This document shows, piece after piece, positions 13,511-27,060 of a stretch of 64,000 bases of DNA (positions are counted from its first letter, which is position 1; the number at the start of each line of letters is the position of its first letter). Both the position numbers and the translations under genes were made by a program. Source of the stretch: Octopus vulgaris (Eukaryota); the NCBI GenBank assembly GCA_951406725.2, contig OX597829.1, positions 24,614,001-24,678,000 of the forward strand, read 5' to 3'. The notes beneath the pieces are model-generated. The model was given only the letters and a program-made list of their open reading frames with translations. It was not told the DNA's origin and did no database searches.

Positions 13511-14446
13511 ATTAAATAATAATTATTATTATTATTAACAATATAACAGTTCAATATAATAGGCCATGTCTCTCTCATCACCCTTAATTTTCTATCGTTG
13601 TTTGCAAATCTTAGAAGTTATTATTATTATTTGTATTATTAGCAGAGAAATTGTTGCAGCAGGAATGGTAGAGAGCCAAAACAGTTATTGCCTTAAGAAA
13701 ATTTTTCGAAAAACAGTAGCAGATCCAAGGTTACTAATTGCAGGTCGAACCTACTTGTTTATTCAGCGCTATCGAAGACTATTAAATGTTTGGTGTTTAT
13801 TATCTTTGAAAATGGTTTTGAGGTCATATCTTCATCGCCCTTTTCCAATCATACGACATTCGAACTTCGATTCTTGGGTTTCGTCTGTCTCCTTAGCTGT
13901 ATCTACAAATACCAAAAAAAAAAATTACCGTCTTCTTATTTTCAATTATTCCAAAGTCAATAAATCATTCACCAGAAATTCATTGTGGTTGATTGAATCA
14001 TCAGTTATATCCTATTTTCACTACGTAAAAAATTAAAGTAAACATGCTTACACACATACACACAAATATTCAACAACGAAATATTTATTCCCATTGTATG
14101 ATGTTACGCTACGATGCGAAAGTAGGATGTTACCCGATTCCTTTTTAAATTATTAGGTCTCTGTCACGAGAAAACAATAAAGCGCCAGGCAAATTAAACC
14201 CAGTTTCACCTTTTTCTATGTTTAATGTTAATAAAATACAGCCGTATTTCCACTGTATCATGCTTTATTCTTCGACGCTTGGTTTAATGAGCACTAGATA
14301 AATCCGTTTGCCTAATATTCCTTCCCTTTAGAATTAAGATTTTAGTAGAAACGGTCAACCATCAGTTTCACCCCACTAAGTCTGAATCCGAAACCTACAG
14401 AAGTTTATTTCGTCACTCAGACCCATAAGCCTCCTCTCTCTCTCTG

Positions 14447-14478
<32 letters not shown>

Positions 14479-15824
14479 TTAAGGTTTGGTCTGGTAGAAG
14501 AGCTGTGTCACTGGTTTTCGAAAGTTCTTTGAGACTAATGCTGTTGATATTCTTTTTGAAGAACTGCTAGTCAACAACTGCCCGAAGACCACAGACAGGG
14601 AAAGAAGAAACTTCAGAGAATCGACGTTCTGGGGAGGAATACTGGAAATAGTCTTCAGTGTGTGGGGACCTCATATGGGTGAATACACTTAGGAGGATGT
14701 TGCAAGTCAGATATGAGTAGAACTGATATAAGACCAGCCAGCTCCAAGAAGCAGTGGACACTGTGATAGCTGTAGAAAAGACAGCAAGGATACAGAGCAT
14801 GTTTCCCGGGTGTTGGACCACGACTTTAATGACTACTGATACTCAAGTTGAGTGTCTTTTCTTTTTTATGCAGTCTAGAAGATGCATATGAATAGTGGCA
14901 GCATTACCTCATACTGCTGCTATTCATAATCATTATCACTTTAATATCAATTTTTCCATACTTGTATGAGTCAGATAAATTTTTTTGAGGCAGATCTTCA
15001 ATGGCTGAATGCCCTTCCTATCGCCCAGTGTCACCTGTTTTCAAGCAAAGTGATATTTTCCCATGGCCATACATGTTTTCTCAGGATATTGAAAATGAAT
15101 GATATTCATTAACAACAATCACAGCTGTCAAGACAAGGAGATACAAACATTAACACACACACACACACACACTCACTCTCACACATATATAGGCAAATCA
15201 AAAATAACAAAACAACAAATGTCAAAAGGACATACACAGAGAATGTATTAGATTGACACTCAATTTTAAGACAGGAAAAAAGAACGGGGAGGGAATGTTT
15301 CTAGTGTAATTCTTCGTCAGAAAGAGGAGAGAGAGGAAAGGTCCAGAGAGAAGAAGAAAAGTTGCCCAAGAAAAGCATGTGTGTGGTTACATGGCTGAAA
15401 CAACCTGTCATATATAAGTATGTTTACATACATACATACACACTTATATATATACATACAACAGGCTCCTTTCAGTTTGTATCTACCAAATCTGCTCACA
15501 TGGCTTTGGTTGACACTGGGCTATAGTAGAAAACACTTATCTGAGGTGTCATCCAGTGGAACTGAACCCAAAACCATGTAGTTGGGAAGCAAACTTCTTA
15601 CTGCACAGCCACACTGTGCCTATATCGTGGATACAAAATCATCTGTGATTTTCCAAGGCATAGCATTTGTGGTGTCTTTAAGGGATTTAGGTGTGTTATC
15701 TGAGATTAATTAGGGTAGTGTACAACACTGCTAGCATGATATGAACAGTGATTGAGCCTTTATAATGTTGAAGATAAATATGAATACCAACAATATGGCT
15801 GAGGGAAAATACCATATATCTATC

Positions 15825-16145
15825 TATCTTATATACTAAAAGGCAAGTTGTCTATCTGTGTGTATGTGTTGTGTGAACCACTTCTACTACTACAATTTTC
15901 AACCAAATTTCAGCAAATTTGACATGTGTGCTCTCTTTGACTTAGGACACTTTTGCTTATAATATTTTCCTCGAAATTTCATGCCCCGAACATAAATAGA
16001 CTACTTTCAATTCACCTAGGATTTGAACCCACCACATCTATGCAATGGTATGTGTTTGATCTTCTATAATAAAAGGCAAGTTGTGTGTGCTGCATGAACC
16101 ACTTTTACTCTTACAATTTGCAACTGAATTTCACTAAATTTGACA
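15825..16145 (+). mobile_element. Two related repeat heads, possibly non-autonomous Helitron 5' ends
   Basis: TCTTATATACTAAAAGGCAAG... and TCTATAATAAAAGGCAAG..., each followed by CAATTT(T/G)CAAC..ATTTCA..AAATTTGACA. Confidence 0.4.
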
Positions 16146-19000
16146 GGGAAAGATGGCTGCTTATAAATGCCAAAACCTTCCCAGGCGAAGAATGTACCCC
16201 ACAACATAGACTGGTAGTTAGTGACTTCAGGATCAGGGCTAAGTGGATGACTAGCATGGAGGAGAAGGGTCTGGAAGCTTAAAGATCTTGCGAATGGACA
16301 GAGTTTTAGAGACTTATTACTCAAAGCCATTGACGAAATAGAAGGGGATATAGCTTCACACGATGTAGAAGACAACTGGAGGTTTCTACAGGACAACCTG
16401 TTGAGGGCCACCGACCAGATCTGTGGTTGGTGCAAAGTCCCCTCTCAACCCAAAATAACGTGGTGGTGGAACAATGTTGTTGACAGGGCTATTAGAGAAA
16501 AGAAACAGGCTTGGAAGAACAGTGGTGGCAGGGAATTGTATCAGACTGCCAGAAGGGAAGCTAGGAGACAAGTTTATTTTAGCCAGAGGGGAAGTAGATA
16601 AGAAAAAGTTTGCTAATGTTCTGTACTGTGAGGACCAAAGACTTTAGGTATTTCGTGTTGCAAGACAGCGTGTGAGAGAGAATTGTGATGCTGTAGGAGA
16701 GAAATGTGTTCGCATGTATGATGTTTCTCTTGCACTAAACAAGGCTGCAAAGAGAGAGGTCTGGAGACGCCACTATAAAAGGTTGCTCAATAAAGAAAAT
16801 GAATAGGAGATAGAGAGTCTGTCGAATGTCAAACCAGCTATCCGAGTTGACAATACCTTGGTAGGTAAAGCAATTAAGAGTATGAAGACTCCAGTCCATC
16901 AGGAATTACTGCAGAGATGCTTAAAATATCTGGCAGTGTCAGCTATAGCCTAGTCACCCATATAGTTAACCAGGTGATACACAAAGGTGTCATACCCAAT
17001 GACTGGTGTAGCAGCACTATAGTCAACTGCTAAAAAGGTAAAGGTGACACTTTAGATACAAATAATTACAGAGGTATCAAGTTGTTGGATTAGGTAATGA
17101 AGGTTACGGAGAGGGTCATAGCCCAAGTAATTAAGGAGGGAGTCAGTTTAGATGAGATGCAGTTTGGGTTCGTGCCAGGAAAAAGCACCACTGATGCTAT
17201 ATTTCTGGTAAGACAGTTGCAGGAGAAATACCTAGCCAAAGATAAACCTCTGTACCTAGCTTTCGTTGACATCTGGTGGTCAATGAGGAAACTAGGGATA
17301 GATGAATGGTTAGTGAGAGATGTGCAAGCCATGTACAGGGACACCGTCAGTAAGGTGAGGGTTGGCAACAAGTACAATGAAGAATTCTGGGTAGAAGTAG
17401 GGTTCCACCAAGGTTCAGTCCACAGCCCCCTCTTATTTATCATAGTCCTCCAGGCAATAAAAAAGGAATTCAAGACAGGATGCCCCTGGGAGCTTCTCTA
17501 TGCTGACGACCTTGCTCTAATTGCTGAGTCACTATCAGAACTAGAGGAGAAGTTTCAGGTGTGGAAACAAGGATTAGAATAGAAGGTCCTAAGAGTCAAC
17601 CTAGCTAAAACCAAAGTCCTAATAAGTAGGAAGGCAGGCAAACCACAAATCCCTTCAGGTAGATGGCCCAGCTTGATCTGTAGAAAAGGCGTTGGTAGAA
17701 ACTCCATAAGATGTACCCAGTGAAAGCTATGGACACATAAGAGGTACAGCAATATCAAAGGAAGGCAAACTGGGAAGATAGTTTTTGTATGTGGCAGATG
17801 CTCAGGAGCAATTAACACTGAAAATGTGCAGAGAACAACTTCCGCCACATTCCAAGGAGAAAAACTAGAAGTAGTTGATAGCTTCCATTACCTAGGTGAC
17901 CAAGTCAGTAGCGGGGGAGGGTGTGCTGAAAGTGTAGCTGCTAGAATAAGAATAGCCTGGGCTAAGTTCAGAGAGCTCTTACCTCTGCTGGTGACAAAAG
18001 GCCTCTCGCTCAGAATAAAAGGCAGACTGTATGATGCATGTGTATGAACAGCCATGCTACGTGGCAGTGAAACATGGGCCATGACTGCCAAGGACATGCG
18101 TAAGCTCACAAGGAATGAAGCCAGTATGCTCCAATGGATGTGTAATGTCCGTGTGCATACATGACAGTGTGTAAGTACCTTGAGAGAGAAGTTGGACCTA
18201 AGCAGTATCAGATGTGATGTGCAAGAGAGATGATTGCGCTGGTAAGGGCATGTGGTGAGAATGGATGAACTGTGGGAAAAAGTACCATACTCTAGCAGTT
18301 TGAGGGAACCTGTGGAAGAGGAAGACCTGGGATAAAGTGGTGAAGCATGACCTTCGAACATTAGGCCTCACCAAGGCAATGACTAGTGACCGAGACTTGG
18401 AAATATGCTGTGCTTGAGAAAACCCAGCAAACCAAGTGAGACCATAACCTCGTGGCCTATGCCAGGGATGTAACCAGCCCACTTATATAATGAGTACCTT
18501 TCCTTCATTGGACATGAAACTCTGCTTGCAAAGACCTGTTGAGGCAAGTGAAATCAAATTCGATGACTGGCATCCATGCTAGTGGAGTGCTAAGAACACA
18601 TCAGAGCGTGATCGTTGTCAAAGCAGCAAACTAGCTTCCGTACCAGTGGCACATAAAAAGCACTATTCGAGCATGATCGTTGCCTGCGTCGCCTTACTGG
18701 CACCTGCGCTGGTGGCATGTGAAAAGACATTCAAGTAAGGTCATTGCCAGTGCTGCTGGACTGGCTCCTGTGCAGGTGGCATGTAAAAAACTCCATTTGA
18801 ATGTAACCATTGCCAGTACTGCCCTCGTGCCAGGGGCACATAAAAGCACTCACTACACTCTCGGAGTGGTTGGCGTTAGGAAGGGCATCTCCAGCTGTAG
18901 AAACTCTGCCAGATCAAGATTAGAGCCTGATGCAGCCATCTGGTTTGCCAATCTTGAGTCAAATCATCCAACCCATGCTAGCATGGAAAGCAGATGTTAG
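16146..19000 (+). mobile_element. 5'-truncated RTE LINE (APE end, RT, PHD-like finger, repeat-containing 3' UTR), inactivated
   Basis: PQHRLVVSDF (APE end), QFGFVPGKSTTDAIF, HQGSVHSPLLF and ELLYADDLAL. Contains several stops and frameshifts. Confidence 0.95.
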
Positions 19001-19002
19001 AC

Positions 19003-19812
19003 ATAACCTTCATTACCTGATCCAACATCTTGATACCTCTGTAATTATTTGTATTGAAAGCATCACCTTTACTTTTGTAGCAGTTGACTATTATGCTGCT
19101 ACATAAGTCATTAGGTATGACTCCTTCATGTATCACCTGGTTAACTATACGGGTGACTATGCTATAGCCGACACTACCAGATATTTTAAGCATCTCTGCA
19201 GTAATTCCTGATGGGCTGAGGGCTTTCCCTGTCTTCATACTTTTAATTGCTTTATCTACCAAGGTACTATCAACTTGGATAGCTGGTTCCTCTGTTGAGT
19301 CGACATTCAGCAGACTCTCTTTCTCCCATTCATTTTCTTTATTGAGCAACCTTTCATAGTGGCGTCTCCAAACCTCTCTCTTTGCAGCCTTGTTTAGTGC
19401 AAGAGAAACATCATCCATGCGAACACATTTCTCTCCTACAACATCACAATTCTCTCTCACACTGTCTTGCAACACGAAATACCTCAAGTTTTTGGTCCTC
19501 ACGGTACAGAACATTGACCAATTTTTTCCCATCTACTTCCCATCTGGCTAAATAAACCTGCCTCCTAGCTTCCCTTCTGGCAGTCTGATACACTTCCCTG
19601 CTACCACCATTCTTCCAGTCCTTCCAAGCCTGTTTCTTTTGTCTAATAGCCCTGTCAACCACATTGTATCACCACCTCATTATTTTGGGTTGAGAGGGGA
19701 CTTTGCACCATCCACAGATCTGGTCGGTGGTCCTTAGCAGGTTGTCCCATAGGAACCTCCAGTTGTCTTCTACACCATATGAAGCTATATCCCCTTCTAT
19801 TTCGTCAAAGGC
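19003..19812 (-). mobile_element. Inverted RTE fragment (linker to RT start)
   Basis: ORF 18978-19532 (...NNYRGIKMLDQVMKV) is the reverse-complement homolog of about 16330-17105. Confidence 0.9.
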
Positions 19813-19819
19813 TTCGAAG

Positions 19820-20211
19820 ACGATATATATATAAATACATGTATATACACATACATGTATATATCATCATCATCATCATCATCGTTTAGTTTCCGCTTTC
19901 CATATATATGTATATATATATATACATACATGTGTGTATATATGTATGTATATATATATATATCTATATATATATTTATATACATGTGTATATATATATA
20001 TATATATATATATTATATTAAATTAGAGACAAAACCACTATTAGGCAAATCATACAATGAAAAACTTAAGCCAATACATAAGATTATTTAATTTATATTA
20101 TTTAAATATATAACAAAATTATTAAAAAACTATATTTGATATATCACTACGATCGTTTCATGGCTGTTAATTTTTCCCTGTAAGTTTGGATTTATTCCCT
20201 AATATTTATTA

Positions 20212-20264
<53 letters not shown>

Positions 20265-20370
20265 ATATATATATGTATATATACATATATATATATATAC
20301 ATATATGTATATATATACACATATGTGTGTATATATATATTTATGTATATGCATATATGTGTGTTTTTTT

Positions 20371-20410
<40 letters not shown>

Positions 20411-20490
20411 ATATATATAAGGATATATATATATACATGTGTATATATATATGTATATAAATATATATATATTTATATTTATATATATAC

Positions 20491-20529
<39 letters not shown>

Positions 20530-20565
20530 TACATGTGTGTGTATGTATATATATATATATATATA
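19820..20565. repeat. Complex (TA)n/(TATG)n microsatellite field with an embedded repeat
   Basis: Seen directly in the sequence. Confidence 0.9.
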
Positions 20566-20770
20566 AAGTTAATCCAAACAAGAAAACAAAAAAACACAAC
20601 AACGCAAGGACGTGGAACAAATAAAGTATTATTGGACGCTCATGAAAGAAGGGAAGAAGGAGGGTTTAACATTTCGAGCGGAGCTCTTCGTCGGAAACAT
20701 AGGAGAAGGAAAGATCCCGAGAAGGGAAGACAGAGGGAAAAAAATCGCCAGTGGTACTCACGAGGTCACA
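20566..20770 (-). mobile_element. PLE pLTR-like repeat with a degenerate minimal HHR (20664-20698)
   Basis: Minus strand gttt-CCGACGA-a-gagc(tcc)gctc-GAAA-tGTT-aaac. A related copy at about 15190-15380 has CTGACGA...GAAAC at 15294-15324. Confidence 0.55.
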
Positions 20771-21736
20771 TATATATTAATTAGAATTTTTAGATTTTGA
20801 ATTTAATGCAATTATAACTGTCCATTTGTTATAGATTAGAAGTGCATGGCTTCTAATTCCAAGAATATTATCTAATTCAATATTTATTTAATGTATAATT
20901 TATGTTATGTAAATGTGTGTATAGTCAAATAATTCTAATTAATTTATCTATCACGCTATTTGTAAGTATCCCCTTATATTTTGATTTTAAAAAAAAACAT
21001 ATATCTAGTCACTAATTTAAATCTTTAATAGATCTTCTATAATATTTAAAGGTTTTATAAAACCTATGTCCTCATGTTGAAAGTGCTTCTGATTGACAAT
21101 ACATTAAGTTCTTATGTTTATATAATAATATATATAGTGATTCCTTCATACAACAGTTATTGTTGTAGAGAAGTAATTTCACAGATGATGATCTGTGAAA
21201 TATATTAAAACAATTAACATTTAAAATTTATTTTGGCAAGCTTTTTTTTTTCTCATTTTGTACAAATTGCACATTTTTGTTTATATCAATGTTTTCTTTT
21301 ATTTTTATTTTTTCTTCTCTTCAACTGTAAATTGAAACTGCTCATTGCAATGTTAAGTGGCAAAGAAGTTCTTGTATCATATTACAGCACATTTGGTGCC
21401 AAATCTTGAGAGTTTGGTATTCTGATTTTTAAAAAAAATGATTTCATGTTGCAGGCAGTCACAGAGAATACTGAAGATGTAGAATTTAATAGTTTCAAAT
21501 GGTACCAGGATCAACAGAATAAGCAGCAGTAATATACAAGGAGGTAAAGTTGCAGTTTGAATTAATTAATTGTACTGTAATAAATGATTGTGTGTCTTAT
21601 CAAAAGAAATTAATTTGAATTTTGAAATGTTCCATTTCAAATTAAACAATAGTATAAGGAAGAAAAGAAGAGCCTTTATGTGATTACTTGACCAACTGGA
21701 AATAGTAGCCAAATTGCTTTCAAATTATATACTAGT

Positions 21737-22144
21737 GGCACAGGAGTGGCTGTGTGGTAAGTAGCTTGCTAACCAACCACATGGTTCCGGGTTCAGTCCC
21801 ACTGCGTGGCATCTTGGGCAAGTGTCTTCTGCTATAGCCTCGGGCCGACCAAAGCCTTGTCAGTGGATTTGGTAGACGGAAACTGAAAGAAGCCTGTAGT
21901 ATATATGTATATATGTATGTGTGTGTATATGTTTGTGTGTCTGTGTTTGTCCCTCTAGCATTGCTTGACAACCAATGCGAGTTTGTTTACGTCCCTGTCA
22001 CTTAGCGGTTCGGCAAAAGAGACTGATAGAATAAGTACTGGGCTTACAAAGAATAAGTCCCGGGGTCGATTTGCTCGACTAAAGGCGGTGCTCCAGCATG
22101 GCCGCAGTCAAAATGACTGAAACAAGTAAAAGAGTAAAGAGTAG
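21737..22144 (+). mobile_element. Full-length tRNA-derived CORE-type SINE
   Basis: A box TGGCTGTGTGG, B box GGTTCAGTCC, TTGGGCAAGT core, an internal (TG)n tract and a 3' (AAGAGTA)n tail. Confidence 0.9.
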
Positions 22145-23279
22145 TAAACACAACAAACACATTGGATAATGTACTTCAAGGCAGACAATGCTTGAGAAAC
22201 GAATGGGTTGGTCATGGCTGAAACATGTTTGATCATGAGTCAACTGAGTTAAGACTGTTCCGGGGCTAAACTCTGATAAAGAATATAAATAAATAAATCT
22301 GCTTTGAACAACAGAAGCAGCATTAGTTTAAAATAACAATCTATGTAACATGCTTAAAGCAGATATATTGAAAGCTTGATAAATTTCTGTATTTGTCTTG
22401 AGGTAGTGACTGAAGAGGAATTTTGCACTTCATCAGGCTTTTGATAGTGTTCTGCTCTGAGAATAATACACATATTGCTACATATAAATATATATGCCAG
22501 CCATTTGAAAAAATTAGTGAAGGATTTGTAGCAATAACAGATGAGATGGAAATTAATATAAGGATGAGTGAAAGCTTTGGAGTTGATGTCCTTCCAAATA
22601 ATTCAATGTATAAAAATTTAGGCAAAATACACCACTCTATATAAATATATAACACCATTAATATTACAATATAGTCTAGTTGATACAATGAGAATTATAT
22701 ATATATATACATATATATATAGAGAGAGACAGGGAGAGAGAAATATGATTTCATTAACGACTACCAGACTACAGAATGTGGCGTCTTGTCAAATGCTTAC
22801 TTCAGGTCAATAAGAGTTAATTATAGTGTCTTGCTCATAGCTAGAATCTTTTGCCTGTAGTTATCTCTCTAGAAAGGAGGTATCAGTATGACCCTGTTCT
22901 AGCACAAATCTAAACTGTTCCCTTTATAATCAGTTGTACTTCACACTGTTGTACTTCTCCATAACACGGTCCATCAGTTCTACACCTGTGTAGTTGCTTT
23001 TCTCTAGAGCATCTCCTTTGCTCTTGTAAAAGCAGGTGACAGTGATATTGCAATGTAGTCATCAGGAATGTAATTATCTGATTGATTATGTGAATGATTA
23101 GTGTATATTGCACTCTACTAGGTAATTTCAGTGTCAGATTTGGTCTGTTACAGTTTTTCACCTGGTTAATTCAGATCTCTTCAGCCAGTTATGGATATAC
23201 ATTTCCAGAATGGAAATATATATCACCCATCAACCATTTTTCATCATCATCATTATTATTATTACTATTATTATCATTC

Positions 23280-24772
23280 AGTAGTTTTATTTTTATAGCG
23301 TGCTTTCACTTCACTACCGAGCGCAGCTCTGTGTGCCTTGGGTATGTGCTGTGGTTTGCTGTGATGCTCTGATGGTTACTGTATTGAAAGTGTTTTGCGT
23401 AGGATGTGTGCAGTGCCTAGTAGTCCAATTTTCTGTATGTTGTATATATTTGTAAGTCCTGGTGTTTTTGTTATGTATTTGTCTGAATATTTTTTATCAT
23501 ACCTAATGTGCCCACTATGATAGGAATTGTTTCTGTTTTTAGATTCCACATTCGAGTTACCTCTATTTCCAGGTCTTTGTATTTTGAAAGTTTCTCTGTT
23601 TCTTTTAGAGAAACGTTGTCATCTGCTGGTATTGATACAGCAATCAGAAAGCATTTTTTTCTTCATGATCTCTGACAACTATATCTGGCCTATTGGCCCT
23701 AATTTATCTATCTGTGTGTATTGGAATATCCCAGAGTATGGCTGCTTTCTCGTTTTCTGTGACCTTTTTGGCATGTGCCTATACCATCTTTTTTCTGTTG
23801 TTATTCCATAGTGTTGGCATAGCTTCTAGTGTATGTAGGTCCCAGCTCTGTCGTGTTTGTGAATATATTCTTTCTTGGCCAGGACTGGGCAACCAGAGAT
23901 AATATGATTCATTGTTTCCTGTCCATCTCCACATATTCTGCAGTTACTTGTTATATTTCTTTTCATTATATGTTTTTGGTAATTTCTGGTGGGGAGGCTT
24001 TGGTCTGGTGCTGCAATTAAGAATCCCTCAGTCTCTGCTTTGAGTCCTGAGCTTCTCAACCATTGCTGGAATTTTTCTCTGTTTTTCTTTTGCATTTAGT
24101 TTAGTGCAGTATTTGCCATGATGGAGCTTTTCTTGCCATCATTTAATCATGGACCATTGCTGTTCTAGTTTTAGCTTGGATTTCATTTGTTTTATAGCTT
24201 TTGTTATTTCTTCTTCTTCTTCTTCATATTTGTTAGTAGTATGATTTTTTTTTTTTTGTATTTGTCGGCTTCCGTAAATACTGAAAACAGTTTTTTGTTT
24301 TGCTCGTGTTTTGTGGCTATTTGTATTAGTTTTCCTTATTTCTGAAGTAGGTATTTTTGCAGTCCTATGGTGGTTATTTTATGACAGTTTTCCAGCCGTA
24401 TGAGGCCTCTACCAGCTTCTATACGTTGTATATATAGCCTTTCTATGTCAGATTTTGGGTAGTGCATCCTAGATCCTGTCATTATTTTTCTTGTTTTCCT
24501 GTCTATTTTGGTCAGTTCATTTAGTGTCCAGTTAAGGATATTGTAGCTGTAACTTATAACTGGGATGGCTAAAGTGTTAATACCTATTATCTTGCTTTTA
24601 GCATTGAGCTCTGTTTTCAGTATTGATCTAACTCGTCTATAGTATTCTTTTTTTATTTTCTCTTTCATTTGTGTGTGTTGTATCGTATCTAGTTCATTGA
24701 TTCCTAAATATTTGTATGTATGTTTTTGGTCTAATTCTCTTATTTCATTGGTTTTATCTAGTGTGATGTTGC
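23280..24772 (-). mobile_element. R4/Dong-clade non-LTR retrotransposon, 3' part (RT end, CCHC knuckle, RLE)
   Basis: YKYLGI...ERLYIQRIEAGRGL and ETEGFLIAAPDQSL...CRICGDGQETMNHIISGC. Flanked by (TTA)n on both sides. Confidence 0.9.
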
Positions 24773-25103
24773 TATTCTTCTTATTATTATTATCATTATT
24801 ATTATTATCATTATCATCATCATCATTATTATTATTATTATTTTTTTTTTTTTTCCTTCTTTCTTCAAATTTTCTTCTGTTTCTCGCCAAATGTTTTCTG
24901 TACACCTAGGGCAGAGAAACTCACTGTATGCATTCCCAGATTACACATGGAAATTCACAGGTAAAATATGTATTTAAAAAATTAATAAATAAATAAATTC
25001 ATGAATGGATGTTGTTTTCACAGCGATAATGCTCTTCTCAGTACATGAGTCGTTCCAGTTAACACGATTTTTTGCACTTATTATTATTATTATTATTATT
25101 ATT

Positions 25104-25658
25104 AGTGAGTGAGAGAGCAGTGCATGCCATCAAAGTGACACTGGGGTAAAATATACGAAGCCCAGTATATCCATCATGACTACCTGTCTGATAAGGGTAC
25201 ACTAGGCACATGCATCACAACCATATGTGCATGACATGGTGATCTCATATCAAGATAAACAGCACATGACCTTGCAGGTGGGGCCCAGTTAGAATTTTCT
25301 TCTGGTCGAGTAGCCCATCCCACTCAAAAGGTCCCTGAATAAGGATTGATTAAGGATGTTGAACGAAACACCCATGTTTCCAGAGGTGAATTTTTTAAAC
25401 GCCAAAGAATCCCTCTCAACACATGGCTATGATGCTCCCCCACTACTTCTGCTCATGATCAGAGATGCACATATCAACAGCCACTAAGGGACATGCTTAA
25501 CTGGTTAAGGTCAAGCAACTGACAAGCAAATCTGTGGTATTGAGTAAAATATTTGCTGTAGCCCATCTTTTATACCAAGACAAAACAAAGTACATGATAA
25601 CACTTCCAATCAGTTAAGATCAGAAGCCATGAGAGCCACTGCCTGTACTGCATCAGGG

Positions 25659-25660
<2 letters not shown>
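25104..25660. repeat. Unclassified ~555-bp non-coding insert between (TTA)n tracts
   Basis: Sharp (TTA)n boundaries, higher GC than the flanks and no ORF. A second such insert lies at 24843-25080. Confidence 0.5.
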
Positions 25661-25698
<38 letters not shown>

Positions 25699-25700
<2 letters not shown>

Positions 25701-26600
25701 GCTACATGGCAGTGAAACATGGGCCGTGACTGCTGAGGATATGCGTAAGCTCGCAAGAAATGAAGCCAGTATGCTCCAATGGATGTGTAATGTCAGTACT
25801 CATACTCAGCAGAGTGTAAGTACCTTGAGAGAAAAGCTGGACCTAAGAAGCATCAGTTGTGGTGTGCAAGAGAGACGTTTGCGCTGGTATGGTCATGTGG
25901 CGAGAATGGATGAAGATAGTTGTGTGAAAAAGTGCCACACCCTAGCGGTTGAGGGAACCTGTGGAAGAGGCAGACCCAGGAAAACCTGGGACGAGGTGGT
26001 GAAGCACGACCTTCGAACTTTAGGTCTCACTGAGGAAATGACTAGAGACCGAAACCTCTGGAAGTGTGCTGTGCGCGAGAAGACCCGGCAGGACAAGTGA
26101 GTCCATAACCCGTGGCCTTCTACATGGGATGGAGCCAGCCTACGTATGCATACCTTCCCTTCTTGGGATACATAACTCTACTTGTGAAGACCTGTTGAGG
26201 CAAGTGAGGATCAGAATCGAAATTGATCAATGGAAATTGCAGATGTGTTACCAGTGCCGGTGGCATGTAAGAGAACCTTCCGTTTCGCGACCGTTGCCAG
26301 CACCGCCCCGTTTCGTGTCCATTGCCAGCCTCGCCTGGCCCTCGTGCCGGTGGCACATAAAAAGCACCATCCGTTCGTGGCCGTTTGCCAGCTCTGTCTG
26401 GCACCTGTGCAGGTGGCACATAAAAAGCACCCACTACACTCACGGAATGGTTGGCGTTAGGAAGAGCATCCAGCCGTAGAAACACTGCCAGATTTGACTG
26501 GGCCTGATGAAGCCTTCTGGCTTCACAGACCTCAGTAGAACCGTCCAACCCATGCTAGCATGGAAAACGGACGCTAAACGATGATGATAATGATGATGAT
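25699..26600 (+). mobile_element. Young RTE 3' fragment with intact ORF C-terminus
   Basis: MLHGSETWA...RGRPRKTWDEVVKHDL...*, UTR repeats and a (GAT)n tail. Confidence 0.93.
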
Positions 26601-26742
26601 TTTGTCTTCTTTGACAGGACAGGGATATATGTCAGTAGCTGCTACCACAAAGCAAAATAGGTAGTTTATCTACTCCCTTTTCAGTTAGTCTAAAGTATGA
26701 GACATTTTAAAGTTGAATAAGTAATCCTTTAGCCCTTTAGCA

Positions 26743-27060
26743 CAGTGTTTCTCAACCATATTTCAAAAAAAGAAAACCTTTGATTACAATTTTATTCTGG
26801 TGGATCCCCATAGCCATTCAATGTTTAAAAACTAGTTTTATAGAAACTTCTTTCAAAATTCCTATTTTGTTCATCATACATTAACTTTTGTAGGCTGAAT
26901 TATGTAAAACATCAGAGAAAGAGATTTGGTTGTTTATTGCAATAAATACATCTACAGCAAAATTCTTTCATTCACCCTTAAAATACAACTCTGGACTCAA
27001 TTTATTATTTCACTTGCATGAATCCCAAGGGATCATATGGATTCTGGTTGAGAACCAGTG
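26743..27060. mobile_element. hAT MITE nested in a piggyBac-like MITE (about 26725-27276)
   Basis: TIRs CAGTGTTTCTCAACCA / TGGTTGAGAACCAGTG with a perfect 8-bp TSD, CTTTAGCA. Confidence 0.88.

Noticed and set aside
13566-14036. 156-aa ORF next to the promoter
   Set aside because: No recognisable motif, low-complexity Ile and Lys runs, and no convincing splice structure.
14615-14662. Minus-strand CTGAAGA...GAACGTC (also CTGATGA at about 46344 and CAGATGA at about 5269)
   Set aside because: Helices I and II or the GAAA core cannot be formed convincingly, so they are not counted as hammerheads.
21455-21543. AG/GT-bounded 89-nt exon-like segment
   Set aside because: Stops occur in all three frames and no partner exons were found.
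22341-22688. 115-aa hydrophobic ORF
   Set aside because: No family motif was recognised; it is likely a chance ORF or the antisense of a decayed retroelement.
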